DNA from: Halobellus limi
Lineage (GTDB): Archaea; Halobacteriota; Halobacteria; Halobacteriales; Haloferacaceae
Reading direction: 5' to 3'
NCBI RefSeq assembly: GCF_004799685.1
Contig: NZ_CP031311.1
Coordinates: 2,371,355-2,411,354, forward strand
Length of the DNA: 40,000 bases
Shown here: one piece after another, positions 1 through 8,808 of the stretch
Position numbering within the stretch: the stretch's first letter is position 1
How the letters are laid out: each line of letters starts with the position of its first letter
Translations under genes and position numbers: made by a program
The notes under the pieces: generated by a model
What the model saw: only the letters and a program-made list of their open reading frames with translations
What the model was told of the DNA's origin: nothing
Database searches by the model: none

Positions 1-5
1 AGCCG

Positions 6-692
6 TCAGCCCCAGGCCTCGCCCGACGCGAGGTCGACGTCGCCGTCGAGTTTCGAGGACGGACAGACGTCTTCGAGCACGCACGCCTCGCAGTCGGGGT
101 TGCGCGCGGTGCACACCGCCCGGCCGTGGCTGATGAACAGGTGCGTGAACTGCTGCCAGTCCGATTCGGGCACGAGTTCCATCAGCTCGCGTTCGATCTT
201 CGTCGGCGACTCCTCCTCGGCGATGCCGAGTCGTCGCGCGATCCGCTGGACGTGCGTGTCGACGACGATGCCCTCGACGACGTCGTGGCCGTGCTGGAGG
301 ACGACGTTCGCGGTCTTGCGGCCGACCCCCGAGAGGTCCGTGAGCTCGGCCATCGTGTCCGGCACCTCGCCGTCGTGTTCGTCGCGAAGCGTCTCGCCGA
401 TCGACTTCAGGTAGCCGGCCTTGTTGTTGTGGAACGTGATCCCGTAGATGTCCTCGGCGAGTTGCTCCTCGTCGGCCTCGGCGTAGTCCTCGGCGCTCCG
501 GTACTTCTCGAACAGCTCCTCGGTCACCTCGTTGACTCGCTCGTCGGTGCACTGCGCAGAGAGCACGACCGCGACGAGCAGTTCCAGCCGGTTCGAGAAG
601 TTCAGCGAGATGGTCGAGTCGGGGTACTCCTCGTAGAGCCTGTCCAGAACCTCCGCGGCCTGTGCTTCGCGATCGGAACGCGGCGTGCCCAT
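6..692 (-). CDS. nth: Endonuclease III (HhH-GPD DNA glycosylase/AP lyase)
   Basis: ORF 6..767. Helix-hairpin-helix LSGVGRKTANVVL. C-terminal 4Fe-4S ligand spacing C-x6-C-x2-C-x5-C (CTARNPDCEACVLEDVC). Start moved to the ATG at 692 (MGTPRS...) because the 25 upstream codons are R/P-rich and non-coding-like. Confidence 0.9.
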   Translation of the reverse strand: MGTPRSDREAQAAEVLDRLYEEYPDSTISLNFSNRLELLVAVVLSAQCTDERVNEVTEELFEKYRSAEDYAEADEEQLAEDIYGITFHNNKAGYLKSIGETLRDEHDGEVPDTMAELTDLSGVGRKTANVVLQHGHDVVEGIVVDTHVQRIARRLGIAEEESPTKIERELMELVPESDWQQFTHLFISHGRAVCTARNPDCEACVLEDVCPSSKLDGDVDLASGEAWG

Positions 693-794
693 ACGCGGAG
701 GTCGTGGCCGTCGGTGTTGACACTGTCGACCGCGGCGACGGTGTCGAACTTCCGACTCCGAGCACACGCGGCGGCGGACTCGGATCCGGCGATG

Positions 795-3527
795 TCAGTC
801 GTCGGCGCTCGACTCGATCGCCGCGAGCGACGCGTCGGCGACGCGGTCGACCGACGAGCGGTTGCTCGTCGGGTCCTTCTCGACGGTCACGAGGTCGTCC
901 GCGGCGGCGACGAGGTCGTCGTCGTGGCTCACGATGAGGATCTGTGCGACCCCGAGGCGGCGCATCTCCTCGACGAGGTCGACGAGCCGTGAGACGTGCC
1001 CCGAATCCAGGAACACCGTCGGCTCGTCGAGGATGAGCGGGGGCATCGGCGCGGACCCCTCGATCCCCTCCGCGAGGAGCCGGTAGATCGCACACCGCAG
1101 CGAGAGGTTGAACAGCGCGCGCTCGCCGCCGGAGAGCTGTTCGGGATCGAGCGCGGTGCCGTCCTTCTGGAAGACCGTCAGTTCGTACTCGTCGTCGAGG
1201 CGGATCCGCGAGTAGGCGTCGTTGCCGTAGACGAGGTCGAACGTCTCGTTGAGCATCCGTTCGAGCGTCTCGACGTTCCGCCGTCGGAGCTCCGCGCGGA
1301 GGGAACTGTACGTCGATTCGAGCGTCGAGATCTCCTCGTGCAGGGAGTCGAGGTCCGCGACCCGCTCGGCGAGTCGGTCCCGGTCTTCCCGCAGCGATTC
1401 GAGCTCCGAGAGCTCGCTTTTGACGCCGCCGATGTCGTTCTGGAGGGCGTCGCGCTTCTCGCGGAGTTCGGCGAGTTTCTCGGCGACGTTCTCCAGGTAC
1501 GCTTCGGCCTCGGCCCTGTTCTCCTTCGCCGTCTCGATGCGCTCCTCGTCGACCGCCTCGGCGAGTTCCTCGCGCCGCTCGCGCTTCTCCTGGAGGTACT
1601 CGCGGCGTTCGTCGTTCCGCTCCGCGATCGACTCGCGGCGCTCTCGGAGCCGGTCGATCTCGGACTCCGCCTTGTCGATCTCCGAGTGCAGCGTCTCGAC
1701 CCGGTCGAGTCGCTCGCGTGCCGCCTCGACGGCGTCGAGTTCGTCTTCGAGCGCGGCGACTCGCTCTGCGGCCTCCTCGGCCGCCTCCGACTGCGCCGCC
1801 GCGGCCTCGCGCTTCTCTTCGGCCTGATCGTCGAACTCGGCCGCCTGCTCGCGGAGCGATTCGGCCTCCGCGCGGCGTTCGCTGGCGGTTTCCCGGGCGT
1901 CCTCGATGCTGCTCTCGATCAGCGATCGCTTCTCCCGGAGGTTCCCAAGGCGCGTCTCCGCCTCGGCCAGCGACTCGGCCGTCTCCAGGTCCGCTTCGAG
2001 TTCGCTCTCCGCCTCGCGGAGGTCGTCGAGGTCGGCTTCGAGCGTCTCGACCTCCGCTTCGTGTTCACCGATGGCGTCGACGTGCGGTGAGTCCTCGACC
2101 GGCTGGCCGCACTCCGGGCACTTGCCCTCCTCGCGCAGCGTTTCGGCCTCTTCGAGTCGGTCGCGGGCCGACGCCAGCTCCGCCTGCGTGGTCGCGATCC
2201 GCTCGCGCGCCTCCCTGAGCGCCTCCTGTATCGACTCGCGGTGGTCGCTCGCCTCGCCGACGTCGACGGGTGCCCCGTCGAACCGCTCGCGGAGCGCTTC
2301 GATCTCGTCGTCGACGTCGTCCAGTTCCGCTTCCCGCTCGTCGACGCGGGCTTCGGCGTCCGCGGCGGTCGACTCGGCCTCGTCGGCGCGTTCTCGCGCG
2401 TCGTCGGTACGCTCTCGGAACTCCTCGGCGCGTTCTGCCAGCTTCTCGGCCTGGTTCGACAGCATCGTCTCGCGCTGTCGGGCCTCCCGTAGCTCTTCGC
2501 GGACCGTCTCCTCCTCCGCGTCGAGCGCCTGCCGCCGGTCCTCGATCGCCTCGGCGTCGACGTCGCCGGCGTCGAGAGGTCCCTCAGACGCCGACGCGTC
2601 GCTCGCGACCTCGTCGAGACCGGTCTCCGCGACCGCGGCGTCGAGATCGGACTCCAGCTCGTCGATCCGATCGCGGGCCTCGACGATCTCGTCTCGGAGG
2701 TCCTCGCGCTCGGATTCGTCCGCCCGGATCGTCTCGCGGAGGTCCGCGATGTCGTCGTCGAGGTCGTCGAGTCTCGCCTTCGTCTCCTCGTAGGCCTCGA
2801 TGACTTCCTCGGCGTCGGCGAGCGTCTCCTCGGCGCGCGCCTCGTTCTCCTCGAAGCGCTCGATCTCGGAATCGACCTCGGAAAGCTCCGTCTCCAGATC
2901 GTTCAGCCGCGCGTGGAGGTTCGCGTCCTCCTTGGCCTCGATCTGCGCGTCGAGCTTCGAGAGCGCGCCCTGCTTCTCCGAGCGGACGTCCTCGACGCCG
3001 AGGCGCGCCTGAGCGGCCCGCTCGCGGTACTCCTCTAGCTTCCCCAACTGGAGGAGGTCGTCGATGGTGTCCTGCCGCTCGGTCGGCGTCGCGTTGATGA
3101 GCTTGTTCACCTCGCCCTGGCGGACGTACGCGCAGTTGACGAACGCCTCCGCGTCCATCCGGAGGAGGTCGGTGACGAACGCCCGGACGTCGGTCGCGCC
3201 GTCGACCGCGACGTCGGGGCCTTCGAGCGTGCAGGTCGTCGTGCTCATTCTGTCGCCGGAGCGCCGCAGTTCGCGCGTGATCTGGTACGTCTCGCCCGCG
3301 TGGGCGAACCGCAGCGACACCTCGGCCTCGTCCTCGCCGGTCGTCACCACGTCGTCGAGCGTCTCGTCGAGCGCGCGAGCGCCGTACAGCGCGAAGAAGC
3401 AGGCTTCGAGCAGCGAGGACTTGCCGCTGCCGTTCAGTCCGTGGATGACGGTGACGCCGTCGCGGAGATCGAGATCCGCGTCCGCGTACGGCTTGAAGTT
3501 CCGCAGCCGGATTCGCTCGAAGCGCAT
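795..3527 (-). CDS. rad50: Rad50 DNA double-strand-break repair ATPase (SMC-like)
   Basis: 910 aa. N-terminal Walker [14 protein letters not shown]. Very long E/A/R-rich coiled coil with a central zinc hook CPECGQP. C-terminal ABC signature [14 protein letters not shown] and Walker [12 protein letters not shown]. The start codon abuts the mre11 stop (3527/3528). Confidence 0.95.
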   Translation of the reverse strand: MRFERIRLRNFKPYADADLDLRDGVTVIHGLNGSGKSSLLEACFFALYGARALDETLDDVVTTGEDEAEVSLRFAHAGETYQITRELRRSGDRMSTTTCTLEGPDVAVDGATDVRAFVTDLLRMDAEAFVNCAYVRQGEVNKLINATPTERQDTIDDLLQLGKLEEYRERAAQARLGVEDVRSEKQGALSKLDAQIEAKEDANLHARLNDLETELSEVDSEIERFEENEARAEETLADAEEVIEAYEETKARLDDLDDDIADLRETIRADESEREDLRDEIVEARDRIDELESDLDAAVAETGLDEVASDASASEGPLDAGDVDAEAIEDRRQALDAEEETVREELREARQRETMLSNQAEKLAERAEEFRERTDDARERADEAESTAADAEARVDEREAELDDVDDEIEALRERFDGAPVDVGEASDHRESIQEALREARERIATTQAELASARDRLEEAETLREEGKCPECGQPVEDSPHVDAIGEHEAEVETLEADLDDLREAESELEADLETAESLAEAETRLGNLREKRSLIESSIEDARETASERRAEAESLREQAAEFDDQAEEKREAAAAQSEAAEEAAERVAALEDELDAVEAARERLDRVETLHSEIDKAESEIDRLRERRESIAERNDERREYLQEKRERREELAEAVDEERIETAKENRAEAEAYLENVAEKLAELREKRDALQNDIGGVKSELSELESLREDRDRLAERVADLDSLHEEISTLESTYSSLRAELRRRNVETLERMLNETFDLVYGNDAYSRIRLDDEYELTVFQKDGTALDPEQLSGGERALFNLSLRCAIYRLLAEGIEGSAPMPPLILDEPTVFLDSGHVSRLVDLVEEMRRLGVAQILIVSHDDDLVAAADDLVTVEKDPTSNRSSVDRVADASLAAIESSADD

Positions 3528-4982
3528 CTAGAAGTCCCCCATCGTGACTTGCCCGTCGGTGGTCCCCGCGTCTCCCGTCGAGTCGTCGCCGACGTCATCG
3601 GTCCCGGCGGTGTCGTCGCTGTCGCCGGTATCGTCGGCGCCAACATCGCCGACGTCGACATCGCCGGCGGCGGCACCATCGACGCTCTCGGTGTCGTCGC
3701 CGAACTCGTCGTCTTCGGTGTCGTCGTCCACATCATCCTCGATGCCGTCGTCAACGTCGTCGTCCTCGGTGCCGTCATCTATGTCGCCCTCGGTATCGTC
3801 GGCGTCCGAAGCGTCGGGCGCCGGTGAGAACGCGTCGCGGTCGGTTTCTAAGAGGTCCGACACCCGCTCTTCGACGGCCTCGCGGACGTTCGAGTCGGCG
3901 GTCTTGCTCGCGCGGATCGTCTCGTCGACGTCGAGGGCGGCCGAGGAGAGTCCCAGCTCGCGGACGCGTTCCTCGACGGCGTCGTCGGGGTCGGCGAAGG
4001 AGACGTCGAACTCGGCGTCGGTCTCCTGCTCGCGGCGGTCGGTGACGCGGGCGACGAGCGCCCCGCGCTCCGTGAGCGACTCCTCGATCGACGCGGGCGT
4101 CACCGGGTCGCCCCCGCCGGTTACTTCGACGACGACGACGGCGCCCTCGACGTCGCGCTGGCGGAGTTGCTCGTGGACCCGTTCTGCGCCCTCGCTCTCG
4201 GCCAGTTCGACCGAGACGAAGACGAACGGGCGCGTGTCGAGCGTCCGCCGTCGGATGTCGACGGGGGGAAGGTCGCCGTCGGCGGCCTGTGGGGGTTCGC
4301 CCTCCGCACCGTCACCGGTGCCGCCGAACGTCACGAGGTTGTACCCGCGCGCGTCCTCCTCGGCGGCGCTGGCGCGCTCGGTCGACCCGCAGTAGGTCAC
4401 CCACGCCCCGTCGACGGTCTCGATGCCGGGGGCGTGGTTGTCGCCGAGGAGCACCGCGTCGAAGTCGACGTTCGACTCCGCCAGAACGGTCTCGGTCTCC
4501 CAGTCGGCGTGGGCGAAGGGGGTGAAGAGTCCGTGGCTCACGAGCGCGGCGTGGGCGGCGTCGTGCGGTTCGAAGTCGTAGTCGAGGTCGGCCCGCCGTG
4601 ACTTCGGCACGTGGTCGAGCCCGTAAAACGCCGTGTCGCCGACGGTCCGGGGCTCCGCGCCGAGGCGCTCGCCGAGCCCCAGGTTCTCGAAGAGGTCGAG
4701 CCACTGGCCGCCGCGGGTCGACTCGTGGTTACCGACGACCGCGAGAAACGGGATGTTCGCCTCGCTGAGCCGGCGGAGGACCCGGATCGTCCCCAGCAGG
4801 TCCCGGAGCTCCGGCCGCCGGTCGTGGAACAGGTCGCCCGCGTGGACGACGGCGTCGACGTCGGCCGAGACGGCGTCGTCGATCACCTGCTCGAACGCGT
4901 CGAGGAAGTCCTCGCGGCGCGCCGGCGAGTGATACTGCTGGTACCCGAGGTGGGTGTCGCCGGTGTGAATCACCCGTGTCAT
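3528..4982 (-). CDS. mre11: Mre11 nuclease (calcineurin-like phosphoesterase) with a long poly-acidic C-terminal tail
   Basis: Phosphoesterase motifs HTGDTHLG, HAGDLFH, GNHE, VSHG and LGDNH. Start set at the ATG at 4982 (MTRVIHTGD). The 137-codon upstream extension in the 621-aa ORF is R/P/S-rich and overlaps a better ORF and a TATA box. Confidence 0.92.
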   Translation of the reverse strand: MTRVIHTGDTHLGYQQYHSPARREDFLDAFEQVIDDAVSADVDAVVHAGDLFHDRRPELRDLLGTIRVLRRLSEANIPFLAVVGNHESTRGGQWLDLFENLGLGERLGAEPRTVGDTAFYGLDHVPKSRRADLDYDFEPHDAAHAALVSHGLFTPFAHADWETETVLAESNVDFDAVLLGDNHAPGIETVDGAWVTYCGSTERASAAEEDARGYNLVTFGGTGDGAEGEPPQAADGDLPPVDIRRRTLDTRPFVFVSVELAESEGAERVHEQLRQRDVEGAVVVVEVTGGGDPVTPASIEESLTERGALVARVTDRREQETDAEFDVSFADPDDAVEERVRELGLSSAALDVDETIRASKTADSNVREAVEERVSDLLETDRDAFSPAPDASDADDTEGDIDDGTEDDDVDDGIEDDVDDDTEDDEFGDDTESVDGAAAGDVDVGDVGADDTGDSDDTAGTDDVGDDSTGDAGTTDGQVTMGDF

Positions 4983-5006
4983 CTGCCCGGACGTTGAGCG
5001 CAGCGT

Positions 5007-5014
5007 CCTAAAAC
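5007..5014 (-). promoter_or_regulatory. TATA-like box (GTTTTAGG on the minus strand) 24 nt upstream of the mre11 ATG
   Basis: Plus strand cctaaaac at 5007-5014. The spacing to the ATG (4982) fits haloarchaeal leaderless promoters. Confidence 0.45.
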
Positions 5015-5032
5015 CGTTCCGCGAGCGGAGCG

Positions 5033-5077
5033 GAAGTGGTCGCATCGCCAGTGGTCGCGGCGCCAGTGGTTGCGTTT
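5033..5077. repeat. Three tandem 15-bp direct repeats upstream of the mre11 TATA box
   Basis: Plus strand gaagtggtcgcatcg / ccagtggtcgcggcg / ccagtggttgcgttt. The core AGTGGT(C/T)GC occurs at 5035, 5050 and 5065, an exact 15-nt period. Confidence 0.7.
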
Positions 5078-5115
5078 CCGGTGGCGCCGAGCCGCGGGGT
5101 GGTGGTGTCGCCCGC

Positions 5116-5568
5116 TCACAGTCGGGCTGTACCGATCGCGACAGCGTCGGTGCCTCGTCCGGATGGCTCGGCTTCGGGATCACCTCCGGAGGGCTCGGCC
5201 TCAGGGCCACCTCCGGATGGCCCGATTTCGGAATCACGTCCGGACACCGCGGTGTCGAGGTCGCGGAGGATCGCGCGCGCCCGACGTCCCCGCCGTGCCA
5301 CCTGCTCGTGGCCGCAGCGTTCCGCCGTCGTGACCGCGTCCCCGAGCGTCGCGAGTCGGCCGTCGAGCAGAAACGCCGACGCGGCCGCCGCACACGAGAC
5401 GGCCCGCTCGGCGTCTTCGACGACCGCTCGGAGACGCTCGGGGTCGTGGCGGGCGCTCGCGGGGTCGGGCGACGGTCCGCGCGGTGCGGATCCCTCGGCG
5501 AGCGCTCGGAGCGAGCGGCGGACCGATTCGGGGGACGGTTCGGAGGCGGCGGACTGACAGTCGGTCAC
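5116..5568 (-). CDS. Hypothetical protein (150 aa, GTG start) between the wHTH gene and mre11
   Basis: G/C at most third codon positions and an acidic composition, whereas the opposite-strand ORF 5036..5557 is S/R/A-rich. I recognise no domain. The C-terminus contains the PSGG(G/D)PEAE repeat. Confidence 0.6.
   Translation of the reverse strand: MTDCQSAASEPSPESVRRSLRALAEGSAPRGPSPDPASARHDPERLRAVVEDAERAVSCAAAASAFLLDGRLATLGDAVTTAERCGHEQVARRGRRARAILRDLDTAVSGRDSEIGPSGGGPEAEPSGGDPEAEPSGRGTDAVAIGTARL
5158..5245. repeat. 27-bp tandem repeat, about 3.2 copies, in frame within the 150-aa ORF
   Basis: Units at 5158-5184, 5185-5211 and 5212-5238 (tccgga(t/g)ggc(t/c)cg...cacc) plus a partial fourth unit. 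They encode GPSGGGPEAEPSGGDPEAEPSG. Confidence 0.8.
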
Positions 5569-5629
5569 GGCGGCAGTGGTCCCGCCATCGTACTTGAACC
5601 TCGGGGCGCGGAGCGACCGCGGGACGTCC

Positions 5630-5893
5630 CTACAGATCGAGGGTGTACAGCCGCTTTCTGGCGTCGGTGAACGAGAACCGCGAGTCGACGACGCCGGCGT
5701 CTTCGAGGCGGGAGATCGCGTATCGGACGGTCCGGGGCGGAAGGAGCGTCTCCTCGGCGAGTTGGCTCTGCGTCAGCGTCTCGTTGTAGTCGAGGACCTT
5801 CGCGACGAGTTTCGCACTCGGGGGCATCTCGCGGACCGGGTCCCAGCGGTCGGTCGACTCCTCTTCGGGCGCGAGTGCCTGGGTAGCGCTCAT
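5630..5893 (-). CDS. Small winged-helix transcriptional regulator (MarR-like wHTH)
   Basis: 87 aa. The segment AKVLDYNETLTQSQLAEETLLPPRTVRYAISRLEDAGVV is a typical HTH plus wing. An AT-rich divergent promoter region lies upstream (5894-5960). Confidence 0.8.
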   Translation of the reverse strand: MSATQALAPEEESTDRWDPVREMPPSAKLVAKVLDYNETLTQSQLAEETLLPPRTVRYAISRLEDAGVVDSRFSFTDARKRLYTLDL

Positions 5894-6068
5894 ATGTATC
5901 TCCCACTGTGAGATGTAAGGTGATAATATTTACTGTATCGATATATTACCTATAGGAATTATTCGGGTGAAAGGAGTCGGCGTCGTACCGTCGGGTCGGA
6001 GGCGTTCCTCGTTCACCGCTACCGTTTCACGCACCCGAAGTCTCTTATGAAGCCGCGACCTACGGAGG

Positions 6069-7289
6069 GTGATGACTGACACTGTGGACGACGTCGAGCT
6101 CCCGTACGACGAGGAGGCGGCGTCGCAGCAGGAGAAGATCCAAGCGCTCAGAGAGCGTCTGGATATTCTCGAGTCCCAAAACGAGGAGATGCGGGACAAA
6201 CTTCTGGACGCGAACGCCGAAAACAACAAGTACCAGCAGAAGCTCGAGCGGCTGACCCACGAGAACAAGAAGCTCAAGCAGTCGCCGCTGTTCGTCGCGA
6301 CGGTGCAGGAACTCACCGACGACGGCGTCGTGATCAAACAGCACGGCAACAACCAGGAGGCGCTCACCGAAGTGACAGACGAGATGCGCGAGGACCTCGA
6401 ACCGGACGCGCGCGTCGCGGTCAACAACTCGCTGTCGGTGGTCAAGCGCCTCGACAACGAGACCGACGTCCGCGCCCGGGTGATGCAGGTCGATCACAGT
6501 CCGGACGTGACCTATCAAGACATCGGCGGCCTCGAAGAGCAGATGCAGGAGGTCCGAGAGACCGTCGAGATGCCGCTCGACTCTCCCGAGATGTTCGAGA
6601 AGGTGGGGATCCAGCCGCCGTCGGGCGTCCTCCTGTATGGGCCCCCGGGGACGGGTAAGACGATGCTCGCGAAGGCCGTCGCCAACGAGACCGACGCCAC
6701 CTTCATCAAGATGGCCGGCTCCGAACTCGTCCACAAGTTCATCGGCGAGGGCGCGAAGCTCGTTCGCGACCTCTTCGAGGTCGCCCGCGAGAACGAGCCG
6801 GCGGTCCTCTTCATCGACGAGATCGACGCCATCGCCTCCAAGCGGACGGACTCGAAGACCTCCGGCGACGCCGAGGTCCAGCGGACGATGATGCAGCTCC
6901 TCTCGGAGATGGACGGCTTCGACGAGCGCGGCGACGTCCGCATCATCGCCGCGACGAACCGCTTCGACATGCTCGACGAGGCCATCCTCCGCCCCGGCCG
7001 CTTCGACCGCCTCATCGAGGTCCCCAAGCCCGGCCACGAGGGCCGTGCGATCATCTTCAAGATCCACACCCGCGACATGAACGTCGCCGACGACGTCGAC
7101 TTCGAGCAGTTGGCCGAACTGACCGACGACGCCTCCGGCGCCGACATCAAGGCGATCTGTACGGAAGCCGGGATGTTCGCCATCCGCGACGACCGCACCG
7201 AGATCGCGATGGCGGACTTCGTCGAGGCCTGGGAGAAGATCCAGGCCGAGACCGTCGACGAGGGAACCGCGAGCCGCGCGTTCGCCTGA
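6069..7289 (+). CDS. panA: Proteasome-activating nucleotidase (PAN, AAA+ ATPase)
   Basis: N-terminal coiled coil, Walker A GPPGTGKT, Walker B FIDEIDA and a second region of homology. From memory the N-terminus closely resembles H. volcanii PanA. The track start at 6069 is GTG, immediately followed by an ATG at 6072, and either could be used. Confidence 0.95.
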   Translation: MMTDTVDDVELPYDEEAASQQEKIQALRERLDILESQNEEMRDKLLDANAENNKYQQKLERLTHENKKLKQSPLFVATVQELTDDGVVIKQHGNNQEALTEVTDEMREDLEPDARVAVNNSLSVVKRLDNETDVRARVMQVDHSPDVTYQDIGGLEEQMQEVRETVEMPLDSPEMFEKVGIQPPSGVLLYGPPGTGKTMLAKAVANETDATFIKMAGSELVHKFIGEGAKLVRDLFEVARENEPAVLFIDEIDAIASKRTDSKTSGDAEVQRTMMQLLSEMDGFDERGDVRIIAATNRFDMLDEAILRPGRFDRLIEVPKPGHEGRAIIFKIHTRDMNVADDVDFEQLAELTDDASGADIKAICTEAGMFAIRDDRTEIAMADFVEAWEKIQAETVDEGTASRAFA

Positions 7290-7304
7290 TCGGCGCTCTA
7301 CGCG

Positions 7305-7310
7305 TTTTTT
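7305..7310 (+). terminator. Oligo-T (T6) terminator candidate after panA
   Basis: cgcgttttttcta lies 16 nt after the panA stop. Archaeal termination commonly occurs at T-runs. Confidence 0.5.
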
Positions 7311-7763
7311 CTACTTCGAACCGGTTTCGCCTTCGCCGCCGACGCGAAGCGCCGCGACGGCGCGCTCGGTCACGTCAGTCGCGTCGTACCCACGCTCGCC
7401 GTGTACCCTGGCCTCGACGAGCAGGCCGGCCGCGCGGAACTCCGCGAGCAGGCCGTGCAGATCGGACTCACAGAGGTCGTACGCGTCGAGCAGTTCCACC
7501 ACCGAGAGCGGTCCGCGGTCCGCGAGTTCGACGAGCAGCCCCAGGGATCGCTCGTCGTGTGCGGCGGAGACGACCCGACGAACCGGGCCGGGAATCCCGC
7601 TCGCGGCGACCGAGAGCGTCGGCTCGCCGTCGTCTTCGAACCGCAACCGCTCGTTCGGGAGGTAGCGCTCCGCGCCGGTTTCGGGGTCGCGAACGAGGCT
7701 CGAATCCGACGAGCGCTTCACGAGGAGGAACCGGTTGCCGTCGGCGTCGCGGACGGTCTGCAT
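7311..7763 (-). CDS. Conserved-looking hypothetical protein (150 aa), possibly with a winged-helix C-terminal half
   Basis: Acidic, G/C-ending codons, ATG start. The segment GLLVELADRGPLSVVELLDAYDLCESDLHGLLAEFRAAGLLV looks like a wHTH. Confidence 0.7.
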   Translation of the reverse strand: MQTVRDADGNRFLLVKRSSDSSLVRDPETGAERYLPNERLRFEDDGEPTLSVAASGIPGPVRRVVSAAHDERSLGLLVELADRGPLSVVELLDAYDLCESDLHGLLAEFRAAGLLVEARVHGERGYDATDVTERAVAALRVGGEGETGSK

Positions 7764-7856
7764 AGCCGTGGGGAGGACCGACTGGCGCTTATGGGTTGTG
7801 TTGAGCCGTCGTCCGTTGGGCCCGACCGGACGCGCTTCGGCCGGAGCGGTGCCTCG

Positions 7857-8279
7857 TTATTTATTGTCGGCCGACTCCCCGCCGCCATCGACCGTTTCGC
7901 CGTCGCCGTCGGCGACCTCCTCCTTGTAGGTCCGATAGAGGTCGTACGTCCGGTAGAGCGCGAACAGACCGACCGCGATGGCACCGCCGCCCCACCCCCA
8001 CTGACCCCGGAAGGCGACGAGCAGGAGGCCGATGCTGATCCCCGCGAGCGCGACGTTCGCGTAGACGACGGTGGCCCAGAAGAACTTCGCGAGGTCGCCG
8101 TCGACCTCGACGCCCGCGTCCGCCTCGTCGGCGTCCTCGCCGGGGATCTCGACCGCGGGGACCGAGACGAGGTCGTCCTCGGGCGCGCCCCAGCGCGCCT
8201 CGGGATCCGGCTCCTCGGGTTCGTCGGGCCACTCGTCGAAGTCACTCGGCACGCCCGAAGGGAGGGCCGGCGGTCGCAA
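7857..8279 (-). CDS. Small membrane protein (two predicted TM helices, acidic N- and C-termini)
   Basis: Hydrophobic segments FFWATVVYANVALAGISIGLLLVAF and GGGAIAVGLFALY. Coding-like codon usage. Confidence 0.7.
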   Translation of the reverse strand: MRPPALPSGVPSDFDEWPDEPEEPDPEARWGAPEDDLVSVPAVEIPGEDADEADAGVEVDGDLAKFFWATVVYANVALAGISIGLLLVAFRGQWGWGGGAIAVGLFALYRTYDLYRTYKEEVADGDGETVDGGGESADNK

Positions 8280-8469
8280 AAGCGGTTCGTTCCGCCGGGC
8301 CCGGGCGCTGTCGGGTAGCGGACGTCGAAAACGCGGTACCGATCCGTCGAACGTACGTCCGACGGTGCTATCGTAGCGTTTGCAAGTCGTCGCTCACACG
8401 ATCGCACGACGGCGCGCGAGCGGCTGTGCAATCAGTTGCGAACGCTGCGATAACTGTGCTCGGCGAGTA

Positions 8470-8658
8470 TCAGCAGTGCTCCGTGAGCGTCACCGTCCGG
8501 GAGGCTTCGACCCACGCGAGCGGGTTCTCCGGATCGTAGAACACGACCCCGCCGTCGACGTCGTAGGACTCGACCTCCGCGAGTCCGCTCGCTTCGCCCA
8601 CCCGCGCCGGCGCGGCTGGCGACCGATCCGTCCGCTCGGAGTCTGCAGGGTCGACCAT
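8470..8658 (-). CDS. Small acidic hypothetical protein (62 aa)
   Basis: ATG start and G/C-ending codons. It is divergent from polB. No motif recognised. Confidence 0.55.
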   Translation of the reverse strand: MVDPADSERTDRSPAAPARVGEASGLAEVESYDVDGGVVFYDPENPLAWVEASRTVTLTEHC

Positions 8659-8808
8659 CGTGAATCGTGGTAGGGTGTACCACAGTATAGGTCTTGTGCT
8701 CGTGTCAATACGTCCCCGAACGATTCGGCACTCCCGTACGGACGGGCCGAACGGAGCCGGTCGGGTACAATGCCGAAGTTTTTACTCGGGTATGCCGAAA
8801 GCGACGCT

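Noticed and set aside
100-3531. Plus-strand ORFs opposite nth and rad50 (288, 364, 295 and 192 aa, etc.).
   Set aside because: They are S/R/A-rich shadow frames. The minus strand encodes clear Nth and Rad50 motifs.
4983-5393. The 621-aa version of Mre11 with a 137-aa N-terminal extension.
   Set aside because: The extension is R/P/S-rich, overlaps the 5116-5568 ORF and contains the TATA-like box and the 15-bp repeats. The canonical phosphoesterase motif I begins right after the ATG at 4982.
6064-6068. GGAGG upstream of panA as a Shine-Dalgarno site.
   Set aside because: It lies only 0-3 nt from the candidate GTG/ATG starts, which is too close. A TATA-like TCTTATGA about 21 nt upstream of the ATG suggests a leaderless or near-leaderless mRNA instead. 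The question is left unresolved.
8770-8808. The upstream ATG at 8770 as the polB start.
   Set aside because: The 13 extra codons include several rare A/T-ending codons (TTT, TTA, TAT, GCT), unlike the rest of the gene. The ATG at 8809 is preferred, but this is not proven.
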